Below, piece by piece: positions 47,701 through 62,700 of a DNA stretch of 64,000 nucleotides. The stretch spans positions 402,876,001 to 402,940,000 of the forward strand of contig OZ024741.1 in the NCBI GenBank assembly GCA_964016885.1, in the 5' to 3' direction. Under the pieces are notes generated by a model. The model was not told the DNA's origin, did not search any database, and saw only the letters and a list, made by a program, of their open reading frames with translations. Each line of letters begins with the position of its first letter. The first letter of the stretch is position 1. Origin of the DNA: Eledone cirrhosa (Eukaryota). A program made the position numbers and the translations under genes.

Positions 47701-50700
47701 CATTACAGTGTGTGGTTACCTGGTCATTTACAGTCTAGTGTGTGGTCTACCAGGTCATTTACAGTACAGTGTGTGGTCTACCTGGTCATTTACAGTACAG
47801 TGTGTGGTCTACCTGGTCATTTACATTACAGTGTGTGGTCTACCTGGTCATTTACATTACAGTGTGTGGTCTACCTGGTCATTTACATTACAGTGTGTGG
47901 TCTACCTGGTCATTTACAGTCCAGTGTGTGGTCTACCAGGTCATTTACAGTACAGTGTGTGGTCTACCTGGTCATTTACAGTACAGTGTGTGGTCTACCT
48001 GGTCATTTACAGTCCTGTGTGTGGTCTACCTGGTCATTTACAGTCCTGTGTGTGGTCTACCTGGTCATTTACAGTACAGTGTGTGGTCTACCTGGTCATT
48101 TACAGTACAGTGTGTGGTCTACCTGGTCATTTACAGTCCAGTGTGTGGTCTACCAGGTCATTTACAGTCCTGTGTGTGGTCTACCTGGTCATTTACAGTA
48201 CAGTGTGTGGTCTACCTGGTCATTTACAGTATAGTGTGTGGTCTACCTGGTCATTTACAGTCCTGTGTGTGGTCTACCTGGTCATTTACAGTGCAGTGTG
48301 TGGTCTACCTAGTCATTTACAGTCCAGTGTGTGGTCTACCAGGTCATTTACAGTCCTGTGTGTGTTCTACCTGGTCATTTACAGTACAGTGTGTGGTCTA
48401 CCTGGTCATTTACAGTACAGTGTGTGGTCTACCTGGTCATTTACAGTACAGGGTGTGGTCTACCTAGTCATTTACAGTCCAGTGTGTGGTCTACCTAGTC
48501 ATTTACAGTCCAGTGTGTGGTCTACCTGGTCATTTACATTACAGTGTGTGGTCTACCTGGTCATTTACAGTCCTGTGTGTGGTCTACCTGGTCATTTACA
48601 GTACAGTGTGTGGTCTACCTAGTCATTTACAGTCCAGTGTGTGGTCTACCTAGTCATTTACAGTACAGTGTGTGGTCTACCTGGTCATTTACAGTACAGT
48701 GTGTGGTCTACCTGGTCATTTACAGTACAGTGTGTGGTCTACCTGGTCATTTACAGTACAGTGTGTGGTCTACCTGGTCATTTACAGTACAGTGTGTGGT
48801 CTACCTAGTCATTTACAGTCAAGTGTGTGGTCTACCAGGTCATTTACAGTCCTGTGTGTGGTCTACCTGGTCATTTACAGTACAGTGTATGGTCTACCTA
48901 GTCATTTGCAGTCCTGTGTGTGGTCTACCTGGTTATTTACAGTACAGGGTGTGGTCTACCTGGTCATTTACAGTACAGTGTGTGGTCTACCTGGTCATTT
49001 ACAGTCCTGTGTGTAGTCTACCTGGTCATTTACATTACAGTGTCTGGTCTACCTGGTCATTTACAGTCCTGTGTGTGGTCTACCTGGTCATTTACAGTAC
49101 AGGGTGTGATCTACCTGGTCATTTACAGTCCAGTGTGTGGTCTAACAGGTCATTTACAGTCCTGTGTGTGGTCTACCTGGTCATTTACAGTCCTGTGTGT
49201 GGTCTACCTGGTCATTTACAGTACAGTGTGTGGTCTACCTAGTCATTTACAGTCCTGTGTGTGGTCTACCTGGTCATTTACAGTACAGGGTGTGGTCTAC
49301 CTGGTCATTTACAGTCCAGTGTGTGGTCTACCTGGTCATTTACAGTACAGTGTGTGGTCTACCTGGTCATTTACAGTCCTGTGTGTGGTCTACCTGGTCA
49401 TTTACAGTCCAGTGTGTGGTCTACCTGGTCATTTACAGTACAGTGTGTGGTCTACCTGGTCATTTACAGTCCTGTGTGTGGTCTACCTGGTCATTTACAG
49501 TCCTGTGTGTGGTCTACCTGGTCATTTACAGTCCTGTGTGTGGTCTACCTGGTCATTTACAGTCCTGTGGGTGGTCTACCTGGTCATTTACAGTCCTGTG
49601 TGTGGTCTACCTGGTCATTTACAGTCCTGTGTGTGGTCTACCTGGTCATTTACAGTCCAGTGTGTGGTCTACCTGGTCATTTACAGTACAGTGTGTGGTC
49701 TACCAGGTCATTTCCATTACAGTGTGTGGTCTACCTGGTCATTTACAGTCCAGTGTGTGATCTACCTGGTCATTTACAGTCCAGTGTGTGGTCTACATGG
49801 TCATTTACATTACAGTGTGTGGTCTACCTGGTCATTTACAGTCCTGTGTGTGGTCAACCTGGTCATTTACAGTACAGTGTGTGGTCTACCTGGTCATTTA
49901 CATTACAGTGTGTGGTCTACCTGGTCATTTACAGTCCAGTGTGTGGTCTACCTGGTCATTTACATTACAGTGTCTGGTCTACCTGGTCATTTACAGTCCA
50001 GTGTGTGGTCTACCTGGTCATTTACAGTCCAGTGTGTGGTCTACCTGGTCATTTACAGTCCTGTGTGTGGTCTACCTGGTCATTTACAGTCCAGTGTGTG
50101 ATCTACCTGGTCATTTACAGTCCAGTGTGTGGTCTACCTGGTCATTTACAGTCCTGTGTGTGGTCTACTTGGTCATTTACAGTCCAGTGTGTGATCTACC
50201 TGGTCATTTACAGTCCAGTGTGTGGTCTACCTGGTCATTTACAGTACAGTGTGTGGTCTACCTGGTCATTTACATTACAGTGTGTGGTATACCTGGTCAT
50301 TTACAGTCCTGTGTGTGGTCTACCTGGTCATTTACAGTAGAGGGTGTGGTCTACCTGGTCATTTACAGTACAGTGTGTGGTCTACCTGGTCATTTACAGT
50401 ACAGTGTGTGGTCTACCTGGTCATTTACAGTACAATGTGTGGTCTACCTGGTCATTTACAGTACAGTGTGTGGTCTACCTGGTCATTTACAGTCCTGTGT
50501 GTGGTCTACCTGGTCATTTACAGTCCAGTGTGTGGTCTACCTGCTCATTTACATTACAGTGTGTGGTCTACCTGGTCATTTACAGTCCTGTTTGTGGTCT
50601 ACCTGGTCATTTACAGTCCAGTGTGTGGTCTACCTGGTCATTTACATTACAGTGTGTGGTCTACCTGGTCATTTACAGTCCAGTGTGTGGTCTACCTGGT

Positions 50701-53700
50701 CATTTACAGTACAGTGTGTGGTCTACCTGGTCATTTACAGTACAGTGTGTGGTCTACCTGGTCATTTACAGTCCAGTGTGTGGTCTACCTGGTCATTTAC
50801 ATTACAGTGTGTGGTCTACCTGGTCATTTACAGTCCAGTGTGTGGTCTACCAGGTCATTTACAGTCCAGTGTGTGGTCTACCTGGTCATTTACAGTTCAG
50901 TGTGTGGTCTACCTGGTCATTTACATTACAGTGTGTGGTCTACCTGGTCATTTACAGTCCAGTGTGTGGTCTACCTGGTCATTTACATTACAGTGTGTGG
51001 TCTACCTGGTCATTTACATTACAGTGTGTGGTCTACCTGGTCATTTACAGTCCAGTGTGTGGTCAACCTGGTCATTTACATTACAGTGTGTGGTCTACCT
51101 GGTCATTTACAGTCCAGTGTGTGGTCTACCTGGTCATTTACATTACAGTGTGTGGTCTACTTGGTCATTTACAGTCCAGTGTGTGGTCTACCAGGTCATT
51201 TACAGTCCAGTGTGTGGTCTACCTGGTCATTTACAGTCCAGTGTGTGGTCTACCAGGTCATTTACAGTCCAGTGTGTGGTTTACCTGGTCATTTACAGTC
51301 CTATGTGTGGTCTACCTGGTCATTTACATTACAGTGTGTGGTCTACCTGGTCATTTACAGTCCAGTGTGTGGTCTACCTGGTCATTTACAGTCCAGTGTG
51401 TGGTCTACCAGGTCATTTACAGTCCAGTGTGTGGTTTACCTGGTCATTTACAGTCCTATGTGTGGTCTACCTGGTCATTTACATTACAGTGTGTGGTCTA
51501 CCTGGTCATTTACATTACAGTGTGTGGTTACCTGGTCATTTACAGTCCAGTGTGTGGTCTACCAGGTCATTTACAGTACAGTGTGTGGTCTACCTGGTCA
51601 TTTACAGTACAGTGTGTGGTCTACCTGGTCATTTACATTACAGTGTGTGGTCTACCTGGTCATTTACATTACAGTGTGTGGTCTACCTGGTCATTTACAT
51701 TACAGTGTGTGGTCTACCTGGTCATTTACAGTCCAGTGTGTGGTCTACCAGGTCATTTACAGTACAGTGTGTGGTCTACCTGGTCATTTACAGTACAGTG
51801 TGTGGTCTACCTGGTCATTTACAGTCCTGTGTGTGGTCTACCTGGTCATTTACAGTCCTGTGTGTGGTCTACCTGGTCATTTACAGTACAGTGTGTGGTC
51901 TACCTGGTCATTTACAGTACAGTGTGTGGTCTACCTAGTCATTTACAGTCCAGTGTGTGGTCTACCAGGTCATTTACAGTCCTGTGTGTGGTCTACCTGG
52001 TCATTTACAGTACAGTGTGTGGTCTACCTGGTCATTTACAGTATAGTGTGTGGTCTACCTGGTCATTTACAGTCCTGTGTGTGGTCTACCTGGTCATTTA
52101 CAGTGCAGTGTGTGGTCTACCTAGTCATTTACAGTCCAGTGTGTGGTCTACCAGGTCATTTACAGTCCTGTGTGTGTTCTACCTGGTCATTTACAGTACA
52201 GTGTGTGGTCTACCTGGTCATTTACAGTCCTGTGTGTGGTCTACCTGGTCATTTACAGTACAGGGTGTGGTCTACCTAGTCATTTACAGTCCAGTGTGTG
52301 GTCTACCTAGTCATTTACAGTACAGTGTGTGGTCTACCTGGTCATTTACAGTACAGGGTGTGGTCTACCTAGTCATTTACAGTCCAGTGTGTGGTCTACC
52401 TGGTCATTTACATTACAGTGTGTGGTCTACCTGGTCATTTACAGTCCTGTGTGTGGTCTACCTGGTCATTTACAGTACAGTGTGTGGTCTACCTAGTCAT
52501 TTACAGTCCAGTGTGTGGTCTACCTAGTCATTTACAGTACAGTGTGTGGTCTACCTGGTCATTTACAGTACAGTGTGTGGTCTACCTGGTCATTTACAGT
52601 ACAGTGTGTGGTCTACCTGGTCATTTACAGTACAGTGTGTGGTCTACCTGGTCATTTACAGTACAGTGTGTGGTCTACCTAGTCATTTACAGTCCAGTGT
52701 GTGGTCTACCAGGTCATTTACAGTCCTGTGTGTGGTCTACCTGGTCATTTACAGTACAGTGTATGGTCTACCTAGTCATTTGCAGTCCTGTGTGTGGTCT
52801 ACCTGGTTATTTACAGTACAGGGTGTGGTCTACCTGGTCATTTACAGTACAGTGTGTGGTCTACCTGGTCATTTACAGTCCTGTGTGTAGTCTACCTGGT
52901 CATTTACATTACAGTGTCTGGTCTACCTGGTCATTTACAGTCCTGTGTGTGGTCTACCTGGTCATTTACAGTACAGTGTGTGGTCTACCTAGTCATTTAC
53001 AGTCCAGTGTGTGGTCAACCAGGTCATTTACAGTCCTGTGTGTGGTCTACCTGGTCATTTACAGTCCTGTGTGTGGTCTACCTGGTCATTTACAGTACAG
53101 TGTGTGGTCTACCTAGTCATTTACAGTCCTGTGTGTGGTCTACCTGGTCATTTACAGTACAGGGTGTGGTCTACCTGGTCATTTACAGTCCAGTGTGTGG
53201 TCTACCTGGTCATTTACAGTACAGTGTGTGGTCTACCTGGTCATTTACAGTCCTGTGTGTGGTCTACCTGGTCATTTACAGTCCAGTGTGTGGTCTACCT
53301 GGTCATTTACAGTACAGTGTGTGGTCTACCTGGTCATTTACAGTCCTGTGTGTGGTCTACCTGGTCATTTACAGTCCTGTGTGTGGTCTACCTGGTCATT
53401 TACAGTCCTGTGTGTGGTCTACCTGGTCATTTACAGTCCTGTGGGTGGTCTACCTGGTCATTTACAGTCCTGTGTGTGGTCTACCTGGTCATTTACAGTC
53501 CTGTGTGTGGTCTACCTGGTCATTTACAGTCCAGTGTGTGGTCTACCTGGTCATTTACAGTACAGTGTGTGGTCTACCTGGTCATTTACATTACAGTGTG
53601 TGGTCTACCTGGTCATTTACAGTCCTGTGTGTGGTCTACCTGGTCATTTACAGTCCTGTGTGTGGTCTACCTGGTCATTTACAGTCCTGTGTGTGGTCTA

Positions 53701-56700
53701 CCTGGTCATTTACATTACAGTGTGTGGTCTACCTGGTCATTTACATTACAGTGTGTGGTCTACCTGGTCATTTACAGTCCTGTGTGTGGTCTACCTGGTC
53801 ATTTACAGTCCAGTGTGTGGTCTACCAGGTCATTTACAGTCCTGTGTGTGGTCAACCTGGTCATTTACAGTCCTGTGTGTGGTCTACCTGGTCATTTACA
53901 GTCCAGTGTGTGGTCTACCTGGTCATTTACAGTACAGTGTGTGGTCTACCTGGTCATTTACAGTACAGTGTGTGGTCTACCTGGTCATTTACAGTACAGT
54001 GTGTGGTCTACCTAGTCATTTACAGTCCTGTGTGTGGTCTACCTGGTCATTTACAGTCCTGTGTGTGGTCTACCTGGTCATTTACAGTACAGTGTGTGGT
54101 CTACCTGGTCATTTACAGTCCAGTGTGTGGTCTACCAGGTCATTTACAGTCCTGTGTGTGGTCTACCTGGTCATTTACAGTCCTGTGTGTGGTCTACCTG
54201 GTCATTTACATTACAGTGTCTGGTCTACCTGGTCATTTACAGTCCTGTGTGTGGTCTACCTGGTCATTTACAGTACAGTGTGTGGTCTACCTAGTCATTT
54301 ACAGTCCAGTGTGTGGTCTACCAGGTCATTTACAGTCCTGTGTGTGGTCTACCTGGTCATTTACAGTCCTGTGTGTGGTCTACCTGGTCATTTACAGTAC
54401 AGTGTGTGGTCTACCTAGTCATTTACAGTCCTGTGTGTGGTCTACCTGGTCATTTACAGTACAGAGTGTGGTCTACCTGGTCATTTACATTACAGTGTCT
54501 GGTCTACCTGGTCATTTACAGTCCTGTGTGTGGTCTACCAGGTCATTTACAGTCCTGTGTGAGGTCTACCAGGTCATTTACAGTCCAGTGTGTGGTCTAC
54601 CTGGTCATTTACAGTACAGTGTGTGGTTTGCCTGGTCATTTACAGTACAGTGTGTGGTCTACCTGGTCATTTACAGTACAGTGTGTGGTCTACCTGGTCA
54701 TTTACAGTACAGTGTGTGGTCTACCTGGTCATTTACAGTACAGTGTGTGGTCTACCTGGTCATTTACAGTACAGTGTGTGGTTTGCCTGGTCATTTACAG
54801 TACAGTGTGTGGTCTACCTGGTCATTTACAGTACAGGGTGTGGTCTACCTGGTCATTTACAGTCCAGTGTGTGGTTTACCTGGTCATTTACAGTCCTATG
54901 TGTGGTCTACCTGGTCATTTACATTACAGTGTGTGGTCTACCTGGTCATTTACATTACAGTGTGTGGTCTACCTGGTCATTTACATTACAGTGTGTGGTC
55001 TACCTGTTCATTTACAGTCAGGTGTGTGGTCTACCTGGTCATTTACAGTACAGTGTGTGGTCTACCTGGTCATTTACAGTACAGTGTGTGGTCTACCTGC
55101 TCATTTACAGTACAGTGTGTGGTCTACCTGGTCATTTACAGTCCAGTGTGTGGTCTACCTGGTCATTTACATTACAGTGTGTGGTCTACCTGGTCATTTA
55201 CAGTCCAGTGTGTGGTCTACCAGGTCATTTACATTACAGTGTGTGGTCTACCTGGTCATTTACAGTCCAGTGTGTGGTCTACCTGGTCATTTACAGTCCA
55301 GTGTGTGGTCTACCTGGTCATTTACATTACAGTGTGTGGTCTACCTGGTCATTTACAGTCCAGTGTGTGGTCTACCTGGTCATTTACATTACAGTGTGTG
55401 GTCTACCTGGTCATTTACATTACAGTGTGTGGTCTACCTGGTCATTTACAGTCCAGTGTGTGGTCTACCTGGTCATTTACATTACAGTGTGTGGTCTACC
55501 TGGTCATTTACAGTCCAGTGTGTGGTCTACCTGGTCATTTACATTACAGTGTGTGGTCTACCTGGTCATTTACAGTCCAGTGTGTGGTCTACCAGGTCAT
55601 TTACAGTCCAGTGTGTGGTCTACCTGGTCATTTACAGTCCAGTGTGTGGTCTACCAGGTCATTTACAGTCCAGTGTGTGGTTTACCTGGTCATTTACAGT
55701 CCTATGTGTGGTCTACCTGGTCATTTACATTACAGTGTGTGGTCTACCTGGTCATTTACATTACAGTGTGTGGTCTACCTGGTCATTTACAGTCCAGTGT
55801 GTGGTCTACCAGGTCATTTACAGTCCAGTGTGTGGTTTACCTGGTCATTTACAGTCCTATGTGTGGTCTACCTGGTCATTTACATTACAGTGTGTGGTCT
55901 ACCTGGTCATTTACATTACAGTGTGTGGTCTACCTGGTCATTTACAGTCCAGTGTCTGGTCTACCAGGTCATTTACAGTACAGTGTGTGGTCTACCTGGT
56001 CATTTACAGTACAGTGTGTGGTCTACCTGGTCATTTACATTACAGTGTGTGGTCTACCTGGTCATTTACATTACAGTGTGTGGTCTACCTAGTCATTTAC
56101 AGTCCAGTGTGTGGTCTACCAGGTCATTTACAGTCCTGTGTGTGGTCTACCTGGTCATTTACAGTACAGTGTGTGGTCTACCTGGTCATTTACAGTACAG
56201 TGTGTGGTCTACCTGGTCATTTACAGTACAGGGTGTGGTCTACCTAGTCATTTACAGTCCAGTGTGTGGTCTACCTAGTCATTTACAGTACAGTGTGTGG
56301 TCTACCTGGTCATTTACAGTACAGGGTGTGGTCTACCTAGTCATTTACAGTCCAGTGTGTGGTCTACCTGTTCATTTACATTACAGTGTGTGGTCTACCT
56401 GGTCATTTACAGTCCTGTGTGTGGTCTACCTGGTCATTTACAGTACAGTGTGTGGTCTACCTAGTCATTTACAGTCCAGTGTGTGGTCTACCTAGTCATT
56501 TACAGTACAGTGTGTGGTCTACCTGGTCATTTACAGTACAGTGTGTGGTCTACCTGGTCATTTACAGTACAGTGTGTGGTCTACCTGGTCATTTACAGTA
56601 CAGGGTGTGGTCTACCTGGTCATTTACAGTACAGTGTGTGGTCTACCTAGTCATTTACAGTCCAGTGTGTGGTCTACCAGGTCATTTACAGTCCTGTGTG

Positions 56701-59700
56701 TGGTCTACCTGGTCATTTACAGTACAGTGTATGGTCTACCTAGTCATTTGCAGTCCTGTGTGTGGTCTACCTGGTTATTTACAGTACAGGGTGTGGTCTA
56801 CCTGGTCATTTACAGTACAGTGTGTGGTCTACCTGGTCATTTACAGTACAGTGTGTGGTCTACCTAGTCATTTACAGTCCTGTGTGTGGTCTACCTGGTC
56901 ATTTACAGTCCTGTGTGTGGTCTACCTGGTCATTTACAGTCCTGTGTGTGGTCTACCTGGTCATTTACAGTCCTGTGTGTGGTCTACCTGGTCATTTACA
57001 GTCCAGTGTGTGGTCTACCTGGTCATTTACAGTACAGTGTGTGGTCTACCTAGTCATTTACAGTCCTGTGTGTGGTCTACCTGGTCATTTACAGTCCTGT
57101 GTGTGGTCTACCTGGTCATTTACAGTCCTGTGTGTGGTCTACCTAGTCATTTACAGTCCTGTGTGTGGTCTACCTGGTCATTTACAGTCCAGTGTGTGGT
57201 CTACCTGGTCATTTACAGTACAGTGTGTGGTCTACCTGGTCATTTACATTACAGTGTGTGGTCTACCTGGTCATTTACAGTCCAGTGTGTGGTCTACCTG
57301 GTCATTTACAGTCCTGTGTGTGGTCTACCTAGTCATTTACAGTCCTGTGTGTGGTCTACCTGGTCATTTACAGTACAGTGTGTGGTCTACCTGGTCATTT
57401 ACATTACAGTGTGTGGTCTACCTGGTCATTTACAGTCCTGTGTGTGGTCTACCTGGTCATTTACAGTCCTGTGTGTGGTCTACCTGGTCATTTACAGTCC
57501 AGTGTGTGGTCTACCTGGTCATTTACAGTACAGTGTGTGGTCTACCTGGTTATTTACAGTACAGTGTGTGGTCTACCTGGTCATTTACAGTACAGGGTGT
57601 GGTCTACCTGGTCATTTACATTACAGTGTGTGGTCTACCTGGTCATTTACAGTCCTGTGTGTGGTCTACCTGGTCATTTACAGTCCTGTGTGTGGTCTAC
57701 CTGGTCATTTACAGTCCTGTGTGTGGTCTACCTGGTCATTTACATTACAGTGTGTGGTCTACCTGGTCATTTACATTACAGTGTGTGGTCTACCTGGTCA
57801 TTTACAGTCCTGTGTGTGGTCTACCTGGTCATTTACAGTCCAGTGTGTGGTCTACCAGGTCATTTACAGTCCTGTGTGTGGTCTACCTGGTCATTTACAG
57901 TCCTGTGTGTGGTCTACCTGGTCATTTACAGTCCAGTGTGTGGTCTACCTGGTCATTTACAGTACAGTGTGTGGTCTACCTGGTCATTTACAGTACAGTG
58001 TGTGGTCTACCTGGTCATTTACAGTACAGTGTGTGGTCTACCTAGTCATTTACAGTCCTGTGTGTGGTCTACCTGGTCATTTACAGTCCTGTGTGTGGTC
58101 TACCTGGTCATTTACAGTACAGTGTGTGGTCTACCTGGTCATTTACAGTCCAGTGTGTGGTCTACCAGGTCATTTACAGTCCTGTGTGTGGTCTACCTGG
58201 TCATTTACAGTCCTGTGTGTGGTCTACCTGGTCATTTACATTACAGTGTCTGGTCTACCTGGTCATTTACAGTCCTGTGTGTGGTCTACCTGGTCATTTA
58301 CAGTACAGTGTGTGGTCTACCTAGTCATTTACAGTCCAGTGTGTGGTCTACCTGGTCATTTACAGTCCTGTGTGTGGTCTACCTGGTCATTTACAGTCCT
58401 GTGTGTGGTCTACCTGGTCATTTACAGTACAGTGTGTGGTCTACCTAGTCATTTACAGTCCTGTGTGTGGTCTACCTGGTCATTTACAGTACAGGGTGTG
58501 GTCTACCTGGTCATTTACATTACAGTGTCTGGTCTACCTGGTCATTTACAGTCCTGTGTGTGGTCTACCAGGTCATTTACAGTCCTGTGTGTGGTCTACC
58601 AGGTCATTTACATTACAGTGTGTGGTCTACCTGGTCATTTACAGTCCAGTGTGTGGTTTGTCTGGTCATTTACAGTACAGTGTGTGGTCTACCTGGTCAT
58701 TTACAGTACAGTGTGTGGTCTACCTGGTCATTTACAGTACAGTGTGTGGTCTACCTGGTCATTTACAGTACAGTGTGTGGTCTACCTGGTCATTTACAGT
58801 ACAGTGTGTGGTTTGCCTGGTCATTTACAGTACAGTGTGTGGTCTACCTGGTCATTTACAGTACAGGGTGTGGTCTACCTGGTCATTTACAGTCCAGTGT
58901 GTGGTTTACCTGGTCATTTACAGTCCTATGTGTGGTCTACCTGGTCATTTACATTACAGTGTGTGGTCTACCTGGTCATTTACATTACAGTGTGTGGTCT
59001 ACCTGGTCATTTACATTACAGTGTGTGGTCTACCTGGTCATTTACAGTCAGGTGTGTGGTCTACCTGGTCATTTACAGTACAGTGTGTGGTCTACCTGGT
59101 CATTTACAGTCCTGTGTATGGTCTACCTGGTTATTTACAGTCCTGTGTGTGGTCTACCTGGTCATTTACATTACAGTGTGTGGTCTACCTGGTCATTTAC
59201 AGTCCTGTGTGTGGTCTACCAGGTCATTTACATTACAGTGTGTGGTCTACCTGGTCATTTACAGTCCAGTGTGTGGTCTACCTGGTCATTTACAGGCCAG
59301 TGTGTGGTCTACCTGGTCATTTACAGTCCAGTGTGTGGTCTACCTGGTCATTTACATTACAGTGTGTGGTCTACCTGGTTATTTACAGTCCTGTGTGTGG
59401 TCTACCAGGTCATTTACATTACAGTGTGTGGTCTACCTGGTCATTTACAGTCCAGTGTGTGGTCTACCTGGTCATTTACAGGCCAGTGTGTGGTCTACCT
59501 GGTCATTTACAGTCCAGTGTGTGGTCTACCTGGTCATTTACAGTACAGGGTGTGGTCTACCTGGTCATTTACATTACAGTGTCTGGTCTACCTGGTCATT
59601 TACAGTCCTGTGTGTGGTCTACCTGGTCATTTACATTACAGTGTGTGGTCTACCTGGTCATTTACAGTACAGTGTCTGGTCTACCTGGTCATTTACAGTC

Positions 59701-62700
59701 CTATGTGTGGTCTACCTGGTCATTTACATTACAGTGTGTGGTCTACCTGGTCATTTACATTACAGTGTGTGGTCTACCTGGTCATTTACATTACAGTGTG
59801 TGGTCTACCTGGTCATTTACATTACAGTGTGTGGTCTACCTGGTCATTTACAGTCAGGTGTGTGGTCTACCTGGTCATTTACAGTACAGTGTGTGGTCTA
59901 CCTGGTCATTTACAGTCCTGTGTATGGTCTACCTGGTTATTTACAGTCCTGTGTGTGGTCTACCTGGTCATTTACATTACAGTGTGTGGTCTACCTGGTC
60001 ATTTACAGTCCTGTGTGTGGTCTACCAGGTCATTTACATTACAGTGTGTGGTCTACCTGGTCATTTACAGTCCAGTGTGTGGTCTACCTGGTCATTTACA
60101 GTCCAGTGTGTGGTCTACCTGGTCATTTACAGTCCAGTGTGTGGTCTACCTGGTCATTTACATTACAGTGTGTGGTCTACCTGGTTATTTACAGTCCTGT
60201 GTGTGGTCTACCAGGTCATTTACATTACAGTGTGTGGTCTACCTGGTCATTTACAGTCCAGTGTGTGGTCTACCTGGTCATTTACAGGCCAGTGTGTGGT
60301 CTACCTGGTCATTTACAGTCCAGTGTGTGGTCTACCTGGTCATTTACAGTCCTGTGTGTGGTCTACCTGGTCATTTACAGTACAGGGTGTGGTCTACCTG
60401 GTCATTTACAGTCCTATGTGTGGTCTACCTGGTCATTTACAGTCCTATGTGTGGTCTACCTGGTCATTTACATTACAGTGTGTGGTCTACCTGGTCATTT
60501 ACAGTACAGTGTCTGGTCTACCTGGTCATTTACAGTCCTATGTGTGGTCTACCTGGTCATTTACATTACAGTGTGTGGTCTACCTGGTCATTTACATTAC
60601 AGTGTGTGGTCTACCTGGTCATTTACATTACAGTGTGTGGTCTACCTGGTCATTTACATTACAGTGTGTGGTCTACCTGGTCATTTACATTACAGTGTGT
60701 GGTCTACCTGGTCATTTACATTACAGTGTCTGGTCTACCTGGTCATTTACAGTCCTGTGTGTGGTCTACCTGGTCATTTACATTACAGTGTGTGGTCTAC
60801 CTGGTCATTTACAGTACAGTGTCTGGTCTACCTGGTCATTTACAGTCCTATGTGTGGTCTACCTGGTCATTTACATTACAGTGTGTGGTCTACCTGGTCA
60901 TTTACATTACAGTGTGTGGTCTACCTGGTCATTTACATTATAGTGTGTGGTCTACCTAGTCATTTACAGTCCTGTGTGTGGTCTACCTGGTCATTTACAG
61001 TCCAGTGTGTGGTCTACCTGGTCATTTACAGTACAGTGTCTGGTCTACCTGGTCATTTACAGTCCAGTGTGTGGTCTAGCTGGTCATTTACAGTACAGTG
61101 TCTGGTCTACCTGGTCATTTACAGTCCTGTGTGTGGTCTACCTGGTCATTTACAGTACAGTGTCTGGTCTACCTAGTCATTTACAGTCCTGTGTGTGGTC
61201 TACCTGGTCATTTACAGTCCAGTGTGTGGTCTACCTGGTCATTTACAGTCCAGTGTGTGGTCTACCTGGTCATTTACAGTCCAGTGTGTGGTCTACCTGG
61301 TCATTTACAGTCCAGTGTGTGGTCTACCTGGTTATTTACAGTACAGGGTGTGGTCTACCTGGTCATTTACAGTACAGTGTGTGGTCTACCTGGTCATTTA
61401 CAGTACAGTGTGTGGTCTACCTAGTCATTTACAGTCCTGTGTGTGGTCTACCTGGTCATTTACAGTCCTGTGTGTGGTCTACCTGGTCATTTACAGTCCT
61501 GTGTGTGGTCTACCTGGTCATTTACAGTCCTGTGTGTGGTCTACCTGGTCATTTACAGTCCAGTGTGTGGTCTACCTGGTCATTTACAGTACAGTGTGTG
61601 GTCTACCTAGTCATTTACTGTCCTGTGTGTGGTCTACCTGGTCATTTACAGTCCTGTGTGTGGTCTACCTGGTCATTTACAGTCCTGTGTGTGGTCTACC
61701 TAGTCATTTACAGTCCTGTGTGTGGTCTACCTGGTCATTTACAGTCCAGCGTGTGGTCTACCTGGTCATTTACAGTACAGTGTGTGGTCTACCTGGTCAT
61801 TTACATTACAGTGTGTGGTCTACCTGGTCATTTACAGTCCAGTGTGTGGTCTACCTGGTCATTTACAGTCCTGTGTGTGGTCTACCTAGTCATTTACAGT
61901 CCTGTGTGTGGTCTACCTGGTCATTTACAGTACAGTGTGTGGTCTACCTGGTCATTTACATTACAGTGTGTGGTCTACCTGGTCATTTACAGTCCTGTGT
62001 GTGGTCTACCTGGTCATTTACAGTCCTGTGTGTGGTCTACCTGGTCATTTACAGTCCAGTGTGTGGTCTACCTGGTCATTTACAGTACAGTGTGTGGTCT
62101 ACCTGGTCATTTACATTACAGTGTGTGGTCTACCTGGTCATTTACAGTCCTGTGTGTGGTCTACCTGGTCATTTACAGTCCAGTGTGTGGTCTACCAGGT
62201 CATTTACAGTCCTGTGTGTGGTCTACCTGGTCATTTACAGTCCTGTGTGTGGTCTACCTGGTCATTTACAGTCCAGTGTGTGGTCTACCTGGTCATTTAC
62301 AGTACAGTGTGTGGTCTACCTGGTCATTTACAGTACAGTGTGTGGTCTACCTGGTCATTTACAGTACAGTGTGTGGTCTACCTAGTCATTTACAGTCCTG
62401 TGTGTGGTCTACCTGGTCATTTACAGTCCTGTGTGTGGTCTACCTGGTCATTTACAGTACAGTGTGTGGTCTACCTGGTCATTTACAGTCCAGTGTGTGG
62501 TCTACCAGGTCATTTACAGTCCTGTGTGTGGTCTACCTGGTTATTTACAGTCCTGTGTGTGGTCTACCTGGTCATTTACATTACAGTGTCTGGTCTACCT
62601 GGTCATTTACAGTCCTGTGTGTGGTCTACCTGGTCATTTACAGTACAGTGTGTGGTCTACCTAGTCATTTACAGTCCAGTGTGTGGTCTACCAGGTCATT